Source: Candidatus Poribacteria bacterium
GTDB lineage: Bacteria; Poribacteria; WGA-4E; JAJDTR01
NCBI GenBank assembly: GCA_965232235.1
Contig: OZ246960.1
Span: 2,918,536 to 2,982,535, forward strand
Direction of reading: 5' to 3'
DNA length: 64,000 nucleotides
In this document: positions 9,374 to 18,885 of the stretch, piece by piece
How positions within the stretch are numbered: the first letter of the stretch is position 1
Layout of the letters: each line of letters begins with the position of its first letter
Notes under the pieces: generated by a model
Told to the model about the DNA's origin: nothing
Databases searched by the model: none
The model's input: the letters and a program-made list of their open reading frames with translations, nothing else
Translations under genes and position numbers: made by a program

Positions 9374-12300
9374 ATGACGAGAAATACCGTCCGAGGCATC
9401 TTTTATGCGCTCATGATAGGTCTCTGTGCTGCTTGGAACCAAGTCCGAGCAAGCGATGCGGAACTTTCGGAGATTCTTGTCGGGGAAGACCTCCGCTACG
9501 TAGAGATCGGCGGTAATTATCTGTGGTTTGCAACCAGCAACGGTGTTAGTCGATATAATACCGAAACCCAGTCATGGGATTCCTTCAGTATCAAAGATGG
9601 GCTAATCAGCAACGAGGTAAACTGTATCGCCGTTGAGTGGAAGGAAGGAGTTTTTCGCAAGACTCCAACCCAGCGTGTGTGGTTCGGCACCGACTCCGGT
9701 CTGTCGGTATATGATATGAAGAATAACAAATGGCAGAGCTATACCGTCAAAGATGGTTTGATTGCGAACAAAATCGAGTGCATCTCTGCGCGTCGTGATT
9801 GGATCTGGGTGGGTACGGAGCAAGGCGCAAGCGCCTATCGGCGCAAAAAAGATCGTTGGCAGTCTTATTCAACGTTTTCGGGCATCGCGTCTCCTTCAGT
9901 AACAGCCATTTATCACGATTCCGCCTATGTTTGGATTGGCACGCACAGTGGCTTGGCTAGGTATAACTATAAGCACAAACAGTGGGAACACTTCACGCGG
10001 CAAAGTAGCTCGTGGATCGGCGCTCGGGGTGGCAATCGCGGTGTGCCTCGTTCTCCATTGCCTAGCGAACAAATTAACGACATCCAAGGCAGCGGGGATG
10101 TCGTTTATATTGCTACGGGCAACGGACTTTTGAGGGTAACAAACAAGAAGTTCCGGAGTGGAGTCGATATTGCGAGAGAGGACAAGGCGTATTCGAAATT
10201 AAAACTCCCTGGGAAATACAACGCCGATCTGCGGACGAGAAGCCGACGATTGTCACGTGGCGCTAATGCCGCACAGCTACGCGCAGCTGGAGCGGAATTT
10301 GACAGAGCGCAGAAATCATTCTCACGCGCCGCGGCGGACGCCTGGGCTGCCCTAGGTTGGCAAATCTACCAGCCTTCAACAGTCGTTCAAGACAGGGAAA
10401 AACGAGGGCGGATATCAGATCGGATCCTCGCACTGCAAATCTCCGCGGGTCAGGTATGGATGGCTACCAATGCAGGGCTCTTAAAGTTCGACACAAAGAT
10501 GCAGAGTTGGAATTGGCATCACCAAGAGATGGGGCTTGTGTCCGACCGGATTAGTTCACTGGGAATTACGGGAAACACAATCTGGATTGCCACCGACCAT
10601 GGGCTATCAAGATTTGGAACACTTTCGGGCAACTGGATAAACTATGTGGCAGAGCGGGCACTTCCGTCGGCCGACGTATTGGCGATTGGAGAAGATACTG
10701 ACGGAGTTTGGCTTGCAACTCCGAAGGCAATTAGTCTATTCAATCCGAACACGGAACGTTGGAAGACCTACACAAACGAAAACGGCTTGGGTGGTGGAAG
10801 GGTCGCGTGCCTAGATGTCGTTGGGAATTTTGTCTGGATCGGGACCGACCAAGGTATTTCACGGTTTGACAAATCCGATCAGACATGGATGTACTTCCGA
10901 GCAGCGAAGAGCGGGTTGGTGGCCGATGAGATCGCTACGACCCTAGTCGATGGAAAACAGATTTGGATCGGCACGCACCTCGGACTCAACAGATATGATA
11001 ACACTACGGGAGAGTGGACCGCCTTTTCTACACGTTTAGGGTTGGCGGGCAATCGAATTACCGACCTCGCCGCTGATCCAAGCTATGTGTGGGTTGGCAC
11101 CGAACAAGGGCTGTCCCGTTACAACAAATCGGCTGGGAGTTGGAACACGATTCCCGAATTGGGAACGGTTGCGATACTTGCAATTGTCCAAAATGACAAA
11201 ACACTTGCAGTCTCAACGGAGCATGGAATTTATCTCCATGATGGCGAATTGCGTTGGCGTCGGCTTCAAATTCAACCGGAGCAGCCCAGTGATACCCTTG
11301 TTCTTAATGGAAATCTTCTCTGGTTGGGTGGATGGCGGCACCTGGTACGGCATGATATTCAATCCGGTCAGACCCGCAAGTTTACCGAAGAAGACGCCCA
11401 AGGGCTTTCTCGAGTGCGAGTACACGACATCAAGAACTCACTTCGCTATATTTGGGTCGCAACAGATGGAGGAATATACAGGTATAACAAGGCAGATAAT
11501 ACATGGTGGAGTCACACCCCAAGTCGAGCACGCGGCGCCACGGAAGTCCTCGCTGATCGAAACATATTGGCAATCGCTGTCGGGGACGAATTTCTCTTTT
11601 TCGGCACCCCAAGAGGGATTAGCAGGTACGACAAAATAGCGGATTCATGGCTGAACTATACCGAGAAAGACGGCTTAATCCATCGCTATGTTTCTAGCTT
11701 AGCTTGGGACGGAGAATTTCTGTGGGCTGGAACGCATGGCGGGTTGAGCAAATACAGTGTGGGCACTGACCTGTGGACTAACTTCACACGTGCCGACGGG
11801 CTGTGCGACAATCGCATAAATGCGATTGTCGCAGACAATAATGTGCTGTGGATTGCGACCAAAGCAGGTATTTCGCGTTTTGACGCACATGCGGGAACTT
11901 GGGAGACATTTACTACCGACGATGGGCTTCCGCACAACGTTGTCTGGACAGTGGCAATTGATGATGATAAGGTCTGGATTGGAACAAACAACGGCGCGGC
12001 AAGATACGACAGTTCAGAAAATAAGTGGCAAGTTTACACGACGGTTGATGGTCTGATTAACAATGTCGTCAATTCTATCAATATTGACGGCAAGTATATC
12101 TTCCTAACTGGCCCTTCCGGGGTGACGATTTTAGACACAGAGATTGGTTCCATATCCCCGTATTCACGCAAAGACGGTTTAATTGCTAGTGAAGCCAAAA
12201 GTATAGGATCTAAGGAGAAGTATCACTGGATTGGCACTATCGACGGTATCACACTCTACAACCAGATTACCGATCTTTCCCGCGACTTTACGGTGGGGGC

Positions 12301-13669
12301 AGGGTTGCCTTCCAACAACATACAGGTTGTTGCGGTCGATGACGATGAAATCTGGTTCGGTACGGACGCCGGATTAGCACGGCATCATTGGAGAAGTGGC
12401 GTCTGGACGGTCTATTCTGAGGCATCCACGGAGGTTGCCTCCACTCCCTTGGATTTAATGAGTAACAACGTGAAATCAGTGGTTGCTGATGGGGATGATT
12501 TGTGGGTTGGATCCCGAGTGGGATTGGCTCGTTATGACAAAATCTTGCATACTTGGTATGTCGCCGATTTGAGCTATGATCCGCTCAGAAACCTGGAGAT
12601 CACTGAGACAGTTGAACTTAAACGAACCGTCGATAAGACAGTCGACGCTGTTGAGGAGGCGCTACAAGCAACATCGCCCACAACGGAACAAAAGGTTTAC
12701 GTTGAATACAATCCTGATGTGGCGCAAGAAAAAGCAATGCAATTTCTCCATGAAGCGATAATTCAGAAGACTCCCACGCCGAATGATCCAATTTTCCCGT
12801 CTCCATTTTTGGACCTCAAGATTTCCTTGCCTTCGCACCCTGTAGTTCGCGTCATCGAACCAGTTTTAAGCACTCTCTGGATTGGCACAGAGGCGGGAGT
12901 CATCATTTATGACAAGGCGAATGAGGAGGTGATCGCGACGCATCCCTTGCTTCCGTGGGTGCGGGACATCAAATATCATCAGGGCAGAATTTGGGTGCTG
13001 TGCGATGACATGATTTCGATTCGAGATTTGAAAGCCGATTCATGGGTGCTTATATCAGGACGGCAATTGGTAGAGCAAACACGTGCTAAGACTTCCGTAG
13101 GCTACACTGAAAAGATTGAAACCGCTTCCGAAGACTGGGGTATTGTCGATTGTACAGCAATGGTGTTTGTGAACAATCAAATCTGGATCGGACGCGAAAG
13201 TGGGTTAAAAATCTTTAATGTGAATTTTCCACAATTCGAGTTGGCGTCCGAATTTGACATCCCGGAATACCTTCGGGAGGCAGAAATTACCGCGCTTGGT
13301 TTCGACGGACGCGACACTTGGATAGGAACCAGGAATGGACTGTATCAATACCATCCAAAGACTGGCGAGTGGACTCCCTACACCGTTCTAAACGGTATCG
13401 CCGGTAATGAGATAAGTACCATAACTGCAGGCGATAAGCATGTTTGGGTTGGCACGGCAGGTGAGGGGCTTAGTCGGTACGACAAATCACAACAGGAATG
13501 GGTGAGTTTTAGGCTTGAAGACGGTGTAGCGGACAACAACATCCGCAGCATAGCGCTTGATGGGAAGTACATTTGGATTGGTACGTTCTCGGCGGGAGTT
13601 TGCCGTTACGACCTGACGACTGAACTCTGGACGACCTATCAGACAGCAGATCAGCTCGCGCAAAGATAA
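9374..13669 (+). CDS. Very large secreted beta-propeller protein built from 'two-component regulator propeller'-type repeats
   Basis: 1431 aa. GGAGG lies upstream of ATG 9374 and there is a signal peptide. More than 20 copies of the ~45-aa repeat W(I/V)GT..GLSRY(D/N)....W..YT..DGL..N.V are visible. No Y_Y_Y, kinase or HTH output domain is visible. Confidence 0.8.
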   Translation: MTRNTVRGIFYALMIGLCAAWNQVRASDAELSEILVGEDLRYVEIGGNYLWFATSNGVSRYNTETQSWDSFSIKDGLISNEVNCIAVEWKEGVFRKTPTQRVWFGTDSGLSVYDMKNNKWQSYTVKDGLIANKIECISARRDWIWVGTEQGASAYRRKKDRWQSYSTFSGIASPSVTAIYHDSAYVWIGTHSGLARYNYKHKQWEHFTRQSSSWIGARGGNRGVPRSPLPSEQINDIQGSGDVVYIATGNGLLRVTNKKFRSGVDIAREDKAYSKLKLPGKYNADLRTRSRRLSRGANAAQLRAAGAEFDRAQKSFSRAAADAWAALGWQIYQPSTVVQDREKRGRISDRILALQISAGQVWMATNAGLLKFDTKMQSWNWHHQEMGLVSDRISSLGITGNTIWIATDHGLSRFGTLSGNWINYVAERALPSADVLAIGEDTDGVWLATPKAISLFNPNTERWKTYTNENGLGGGRVACLDVVGNFVWIGTDQGISRFDKSDQTWMYFRAAKSGLVADEIATTLVDGKQIWIGTHLGLNRYDNTTGEWTAFSTRLGLAGNRITDLAADPSYVWVGTEQGLSRYNKSAGSWNTIPELGTVAILAIVQNDKTLAVSTEHGIYLHDGELRWRRLQIQPEQPSDTLVLNGNLLWLGGWRHLVRHDIQSGQTRKFTEEDAQGLSRVRVHDIKNSLRYIWVATDGGIYRYNKADNTWWSHTPSRARGATEVLADRNILAIAVGDEFLFFGTPRGISRYDKIADSWLNYTEKDGLIHRYVSSLAWDGEFLWAGTHGGLSKYSVGTDLWTNFTRADGLCDNRINAIVADNNVLWIATKAGISRFDAHAGTWETFTTDDGLPHNVVWTVAIDDDKVWIGTNNGAARYDSSENKWQVYTTVDGLINNVVNSINIDGKYIFLTGPSGVTILDTEIGSISPYSRKDGLIASEAKSIGSKEKYHWIGTIDGITLYNQITDLSRDFTVGAGLPSNNIQVVAVDDDEIWFGTDAGLARHHWRSGVWTVYSEASTEVASTPLDLMSNNVKSVVADGDDLWVGSRVGLARYDKILHTWYVADLSYDPLRNLEITETVELKRTVDKTVDAVEEALQATSPTTEQKVYVEYNPDVAQEKAMQFLHEAIIQKTPTPNDPIFPSPFLDLKISLPSHPVVRVIEPVLSTLWIGTEAGVIIYDKANEEVIATHPLLPWVRDIKYHQGRIWVLCDDMISIRDLKADSWVLISGRQLVEQTRAKTSVGYTEKIETASEDWGIVDCTAMVFVNNQIWIGRESGLKIFNVNFPQFELASEFDIPEYLREAEITALGFDGRDTWIGTRNGLYQYHPKTGEWTPYTVLNGIAGNEISTITAGDKHVWVGTAGEGLSRYDKSQQEWVSFRLEDGVADNNIRSIALDGKYIWIGTFSAGVCRYDLTTELWTTYQTADQLAQR

Positions 13670-13759
13670 ACCAACCGTGCGTATCCAAATGTTGGCCGGA
13701 ATGAAGCAGGTGAGTGAAAAACTGGTCGAAGGTGCAAAAGCGAGTTAGGACGGAGGACG

Positions 13760-14995
13760 ATGAGAGGTGGGGATACAACGCATCTTCAATCGGCAAAGCG
13801 TAAACAAGCTCCTGACAATTTAGTGACATATCCTTCCCTTTCAAACGCCTTCCTGAGCCAGCGTCCACGCAGATTTCGAATCGCACTCACCTCATGGCTG
13901 CTGTCTCTGTTGTGCAACCTCTTGATTCTTTATCTTTTCACATTACTCCCGCAACGCTACCCAGAGACTTCCGATGATGCGCTACAGGTGGACATGGTCA
14001 TCGTGCCGACTGAACGGTCACCGAAAGCTCTCGTTACCCCACGTTCGAGGTCGGCTCGCTCTAGCCAACCCATCAAAATGACTCCGCCACAGCAACGCTC
14101 CGCTCCGTCACCTGCCGTACCGCTCGTCACGTACGCGCGTCCCGCTGAACGAGTTCCACACGAACCAATGCTAACATCCCACGACGAGCCAATGCCGGTA
14201 GAGACCCATCAAATTAGCATTGATCTGAACGCTCGCTTAACTGATTCCATTCCAAATGCAACTGTGCGTTCCGAAGTAGAATCTGGACGAAAGATGAGCC
14301 TTTCTGTTGACACTCCGGCTCGAAAAGAGGGCTGGCTGGAGAAGTTGCGGGGAGAAATCGGACCCCCGCCGCAGGCTCAAGTGAGCGGCTCCGGCAGAGA
14401 AATGCAAGGTCATTATCACGTTGCTACCGTGCAGCACGATGACGCTGTCGATTCTGTCCGGACCAAAGTACTGAGTCGACTAGTGGGAGCGATGAATCGC
14501 TGGACAAAAGTGCGCACGAAACTGCTCCCGGGGTACACGCTATTAGCAGACCCGGAAATTCAGCGTATTCCACTGGTGTACATAACGGCGACAAGTGCAT
14601 TCGCCTTTTCCGAACAGGAGCGTGCCAATCTGAACACATACCTTCAAAACGGTGGGACACTCCTTTTTTCCGACCTCTCACAGGACTGGGGAAATGAGGG
14701 CGCAATCGCAAATTCAATCCGCTTTGAACTCTGGAAAATATTGGGCGAAAACGCAGGTTTTCATCCTGCCGAACCGGGAGAGCCAATCTGCAATAGTTTC
14801 TTTGAATTCAAGAAGGGCCCACCGCTGGTAGAAAAGAAACGAGGACAATTCTATGTACTGCGACTGGATGGGCGGATTGCCGTATTCTATGATGCGGCAG
14901 GAATAGGCTTGAAGTGGATGGAAAATGACGCCGACGAGAAGTGGATGCGGTGGGGAGTTAACCTAATTATGCATACGCTTGCTGCTTCGAGATAA
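13760..14995 (+). CDS. Membrane-anchored protein with Pro/Ser-rich linker and DUF4159-like C-terminal domain
   Basis: GGAGG lies before the ATG. It has one TM helix (LTSWLLSLLCNLLILYLFTLL) and a Pro-rich spacer. The C-terminus (IPLVYITATSAFAFSEQERANLNTYLQNGGTLLFSD..) resembles DUF4159 from memory. Confidence 0.55.
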   Translation: MRGGDTTHLQSAKRKQAPDNLVTYPSLSNAFLSQRPRRFRIALTSWLLSLLCNLLILYLFTLLPQRYPETSDDALQVDMVIVPTERSPKALVTPRSRSARSSQPIKMTPPQQRSAPSPAVPLVTYARPAERVPHEPMLTSHDEPMPVETHQISIDLNARLTDSIPNATVRSEVESGRKMSLSVDTPARKEGWLEKLRGEIGPPPQAQVSGSGREMQGHYHVATVQHDDAVDSVRTKVLSRLVGAMNRWTKVRTKLLPGYTLLADPEIQRIPLVYITATSAFAFSEQERANLNTYLQNGGTLLFSDLSQDWGNEGAIANSIRFELWKILGENAGFHPAEPGEPICNSFFEFKKGPPLVEKKRGQFYVLRLDGRIAVFYDAAGIGLKWMENDADEKWMRWGVNLIMHTLAASR

Positions 14996-15039
14996 CCACC
15001 TCAGATTCGCAATCTTGACCTGATGCGGTAAGACCGAGA

Positions 15040-15816
15040 TTAGGACAGCATCATCTGGTGGGATTTGGTGAAGCAGCGGCGGCGGACAATATGGACGACG
15101 ATTGAAGCACCAATTGCCGTGGACGCTACCAACATTAGCATCACGAGAATTTGGTACTTGATGGCGGTCAGCGGCTGAGTGCCCGATAGAATCTGGCCAG
15201 TCATCATGCCCGGTAGCGAAACTAACCCAACCGTCATCAGCGCGTTGATTGAAGGAATCATCCCCGCTTTGATGACTGCCCGAAGAATGTCGCCGGTTGC
15301 CTCTTGATAGGTAGCGCCCAAACATAAAGCCAACTCGATTGTATCAGACTCTTTCCGCAGATCCGAAAACAGCCGGTCCAAAGAAATTGATATGGCGTTC
15401 ATGGAGTTGCCGATGATCATGCCACCGAGTGGGATAAAATATTGCGGGGTGTACCACGGCTTGACTTGCAAGATTGCGCCGGTCACGACAAAGGCAACAA
15501 TCATATAACTTACAACCATGGATACAAAGGTAGGCGTAAAAACATGGACTTTTTTCTCTTTAACGCGTCCGCTGATTGTCTGTGCCGCCCAGAAAATCAT
15601 CCACGTATAACAGAGAATTACCAAATACGGATTCTTGATGTCAAAGATGAACTTGAGAATGTATCCAACCAGAAATAGTTGGGCAAACGTCCGCAAAGTT
15701 CCCCAGGCAAGGTCTTTCTCCAACCTCAACTTGAAAAGGAGAGATCCGACACCGGCAACCACAACAAACGCCACGCAGAATACCAACTGAAGTGGAGTGA
15801 TCTCGATAATATTCAT
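15040..15816 (-). CDS. fetB: FetB/YbbM-family (UPF0014) ABC-type exporter permease
   Basis: Close similarity by eye to E. coli FetB: ..QLFLVGYILKFIF.., IPLGGMIIGNSMNA, TVGLVSLPGMMTGQIL, AIKYQILVM. It overlaps the upstream ATPase gene by 4 nt (ATGA). Confidence 0.85.
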   Translation of the reverse strand: MNIIEITPLQLVFCVAFVVVAGVGSLLFKLRLEKDLAWGTLRTFAQLFLVGYILKFIFDIKNPYLVILCYTWMIFWAAQTISGRVKEKKVHVFTPTFVSMVVSYMIVAFVVTGAILQVKPWYTPQYFIPLGGMIIGNSMNAISISLDRLFSDLRKESDTIELALCLGATYQEATGDILRAVIKAGMIPSINALMTVGLVSLPGMMTGQILSGTQPLTAIKYQILVMLMLVASTAIGASIVVHIVRRRCFTKSHQMMLS

Positions 15817-16478
15817 GCGGATACCTCTTCTAACCTATCCGGTTGGAGGAGAAATCTTCGTGAATTTGCCCGCTTGAGCGTAAAATCGAGATGAGTCACA
15901 AGAATGATGCTAATCCCATTTTCGATATTCAACCGTTCTAGGGAATCTTCAACAATCTCCTTGGACTGTTGGTCAAGCGCCGATGTTGGTTCATCGCACA
16001 GAAGGATTTCAGGCTTGACAAGCAGCGTGCGAATCAAGGCAATTCGCTGTTTTTGCCCCACGGAAAGATTCATTGCGTCATCACTCAATTTAACGCCTTC
16101 AAGTAGAAACGTCGCCATCCACATCTGTTTTTCATCCTGGCCGTGCAACTTTTGGGTGCCTGCCGAGCGGAATTGGAACGGGAAATAAAAATTGTCTTCG
16201 ACCGAGCCGGGAGTCATTATAGGAGTCTGCTGGACATAGCCGATTTTACGTCTCAATGAAGTGACTTCATATGTCACAATCGGTTTGCCATCAATCAGAA
16301 CCTCCCCTGCTGTGGCTTCTTGTAGGCGATTCATCAGGCGCAATAAACTGGACTTACCGACTCCGGATGCTCCCTGAACGAGGATGAATTCCCCTGTATC
16401 TACCACTAGATTGATACCCTGAAATAGAGGAGGTTTCCCATCGTGGGCCAAAGACACATTTCTCAATTCGATTTTCAT
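15813..16478 (-). CDS. fetA: FetA/YbbL-like ABC transporter ATP-binding protein
   Basis: Walker A GASGVGKSS, signature LSVGQKQR and Walker B ILLCDEPTSALD are present. It is translationally coupled to the fetB-like permease. Confidence 0.8.
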   Translation of the reverse strand: MKIELRNVSLAHDGKPPLFQGINLVVDTGEFILVQGASGVGKSSLLRLMNRLQEATAGEVLIDGKPIVTYEVTSLRRKIGYVQQTPIMTPGSVEDNFYFPFQFRSAGTQKLHGQDEKQMWMATFLLEGVKLSDDAMNLSVGQKQRIALIRTLLVKPEILLCDEPTSALDQQSKEIVEDSLERLNIENGISIILVTHLDFTLKRANSRRFLLQPDRLEEVSA

Positions 16479-16556
16479 GTTGGGTCACGGAGTTGCACCC
16501 TTACTGATCGCGACAAGCGTCACAAAGCGTATTCCGCATTTACATTCTCAACGTAA

Positions 16557-17573
16557 TTAAAAACTTCGTCCGCTTGCTTCGATAAACGGTTGCAGCTCTT
16601 CAACCAGCCGTAGGAATGTGTCAGGGCTAAGCGATTGCGCACCATCGGAAAGCGCCTGATCGGGATTAGGGTGCATTTCGATCATGAGCCCGTCCGCGCC
16701 TGCGGCGACAGCAGCCTTTGCCATGGACGGAACAAATTCCGAATCTCCGGTGCCGTGACTCGGATCCGCAATGATGGGCAAATGACTCATTTTCTTGATT
16801 ACGGGAATTGCATTCAAATCGAATGTGTTGCGGGTCGCCGTTTCAAATGTGCGAATACCTCGCTCACATAGCAAAACGTTGTAGTTGCCGCCAGAGAGGA
16901 CATATTCGGCTGAAAGCAAGAGCTCATCCACCTTAGACATCATGCCGCGCTTAATCATGACCGGCTTTTTGGCCTTTCTCAGGCGTGAGAGAAGCCCGTA
17001 ATTCTGCATGTTCCGCGCTCCAATCTGGATGATGTCGGTATACTTCTCCACAAGTTGCAAATCGTAACTATCAAGCAATTCGGTGATAATCAACAACCCG
17101 GTTTTGTCTCGCGCTTCGGCGAGGTATTCCAGCCCTTCTTCTCCGAGTCCTTGAAAACTATATGGAGACGTACGCGGTTTGAAAGCGCCGCCCCTCAAAA
17201 TCTGCGCACCGGACTCCTTGACGGTTTCGGCTGCTTCCAAGATTTGCGCGCGGCTTTCAACGGAGCATGGTCCCGCCATCAAGATCATGCGATCGCCGCC
17301 AATCTCAAGATTGCCGATACGAAAAACACTTCGCTCCGACCTATATTCCCTGCCCGACAATTTATAGGGTTCAAGAATCGGCACAACTTTATCAACAGCG
17401 TGCATAGACTCTAGCTGCTGGAGCTCGTACTTGCCGCGTTCATCCCCGATTGCCGCAATGACAGTGCGCTCTGTTCCTTGAATCGGGTGGGGCGTGTACC
17501 CGAGCTCCTCAATTCTGGCAATGACGGCATCAATGTATTTCTGCTCCGTCTCTGCACTCATAACAATGACCAC
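16557..17573 (-). CDS. aroF: 3-deoxy-7-phosphoheptulonate (DAHP) synthase, type I-beta with N-terminal ferredoxin-like regulatory domain
   Basis: Motifs: [45 protein letters not shown] ~70-aa N-terminal extension resembles the Thermotoga-type enzyme. AGGAGA lies 8 nt before GTG 17573. Confidence 0.85.
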   Translation of the reverse strand: MVIVMSAETEQKYIDAVIARIEELGYTPHPIQGTERTVIAAIGDERGKYELQQLESMHAVDKVVPILEPYKLSGREYRSERSVFRIGNLEIGGDRMILMAGPCSVESRAQILEAAETVKESGAQILRGGAFKPRTSPYSFQGLGEEGLEYLAEARDKTGLLIITELLDSYDLQLVEKYTDIIQIGARNMQNYGLLSRLRKAKKPVMIKRGMMSKVDELLLSAEYVLSGGNYNVLLCERGIRTFETATRNTFDLNAIPVIKKMSHLPIIADPSHGTGDSEFVPSMAKAAVAAGADGLMIEMHPNPDQALSDGAQSLSPDTFLRLVEELQPFIEASGRSF

Positions 17574-17605
17574 TTTTCCTATCTCCTGTGTGTTTTAAGG
17601 GTGAG

Positions 17606-17631
17606 TTGTAGGTGGTTTTCTCAACAGAGCC
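17606..17631 (+). repeat. Tail-module relative of the dispersed repeat family (TTGTAGGTGGTTTTCTCAACAGAGCC)
   Basis: Matches the 3033-3059 hairpin sequence GTAGGTGCGGTTTCCAACCGCACC with a few substitutions or indels. It lies 33 nt from the aroF start. Confidence 0.5.
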
Positions 17632-18001
17632 GGAATCCTGTCGTTGCCGAATTCTAACGTTCTAGGACTCTCGCGCTCCTTTTTGTCGTATCGAAACCCT
17701 TTGCTATTTCGGACGGGATTTTGACACAGCCGAGATTAGTATCGGTTTTCGATCAACAATTCCAGTTATCAATCTTACGATTCAATTTAGTTTTGCGATT
17801 CATCAACTTTTGGCTATCGACTGCATTAATTCAAGCAATTCGGGACTAATACAATTTCTGTAATTGTTTAGACCATCAATCTATATCGACGATGTCGGTT
17901 TGCAGTAGTGCAATTCATGGCACGTCCGCTCTGGGCATGTAAACTCCTGATTAGTCGGAATTAGCATTGTACTTCCCTACTCGGTGCGTTCCTTGCCTGC
18001 T

Positions 18002-18027
18002 CGGTCTGGATTGGCAAATCCAGACCG
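18002..18027. other. Perfect 11-bp stem / 4-nt loop hairpin (CGGTCTGGATT-ggca-AATCCAGACCG)
   Basis: Read directly. No U-run follows on either strand, so it is not a canonical intrinsic terminator. It lies in the 1.3-kb ORF-free aroF/citrate synthase divergent region. Confidence 0.8.
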
Positions 18028-18111
18028 GTGGACTAAACAGTTACCAATTTCTCTAGAATGGCAGCGCAAAACTCGCAAACGGCGCGAATTGAAGTCGCGA
18101 TTCGGAGATTG

Positions 18112-18149
18112 AATAATCTCGATCGCGTTCCTTGTTCAGTCACTCGATC
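18112..18149 (-). repeat. Core unit of the dispersed repeat family, minus orientation
   Basis: The reverse complement reads GATCGAGTGACTGAACAAGGAACGCGATCGAGATTATT. The family consensus is GATCAAGCGACTGAATAGGGAGCGCGATAGAGATC. Confidence 0.75.
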
Positions 18150-18459
18150 CTACGGGGCGCTTCACTGTGTAACAGCTAAAGTCCTAACGAAATGATTGTT
18201 TCACTCTATGCACTATTATTCAAGAGAAATGGTATTTCCCGAAGAAAATTACGGAGGTAGTTCACCATTATAGAATAACATATCTGTTGGCTAGTTACAA
18301 GAACACGCGGAAATGTTTAACCGAACATGATTCAGTATGAAATATTAAGAATATTAATCCATTTTCGGGGCGAAATCAAAGTGAGTGGGGTGGCGGAATT
18401 ATGCAATTTCTGAGGGCGTTGTACGCGAATCTTCCAGTGGGCGCTGCCTTTCTTTTGAC

Positions 18460-18488
18460 TTGACTTTCGGGACTGCTTTTGCTAAAAT
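18460..18488 (+). promoter_or_regulatory. Sigma70-like promoter candidate (TTGACT-17 nt-TAAAAT)
   Basis: -35 TTGACT at 18460-18465, exact 17-nt spacer, -10 TAAAAT at 18483-18488. It would give a ~390-nt leader before the citrate synthase ATG (18886). The promoter consensus of this lineage is unknown. Confidence 0.4.
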
Positions 18489-18885
18489 AGCATTGGGATA
18501 GCGCCGAATTTATATTACGTAAATTCTCTGCTGCTTCATAATTGGAATTTTATTTGAGAACCTACCGGAATACGGTCCGTCCAAAGGTAGCCCACGCCTT
18601 CCCTGTTTTCCTCACGAAGTCGATTCGTTACGAGTATTCGGGGCGCCCATATCCAGGACATGCATTCTGTTTGCTACCAATGTGATATCCATGGCAAAGG
18701 GATTGTCCTGTTGGATTAGACATTGGTGAGTGGGAAAGCCGCTGAGGCAGTTTTCCGGTCAAACTTGCCGTGCCACGTTTTCGGAGCAATCTCCGGCAAT
18801 TTGCCAAGTTTAGTGGGAAACCGCGCAATTATGAATACGGAATTGTTTTCACATGCCATATCGTGTCGGCCGTAGGAGGGGTTGT

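Noticed and set aside
17574-18885. tRNA, tmRNA, RNase P, SRP or 6S RNA in the two long ORF-free regions (also 37071-38293).
   Set aside because: I found no T-loop GGTTCGAATCC-type words, no RNase P GAGGAAAGTCC core, no tmRNA termini and no SRP GGAA/AGCA domain IV motif by eye. 6S RNA cannot be excluded without a covariance search.
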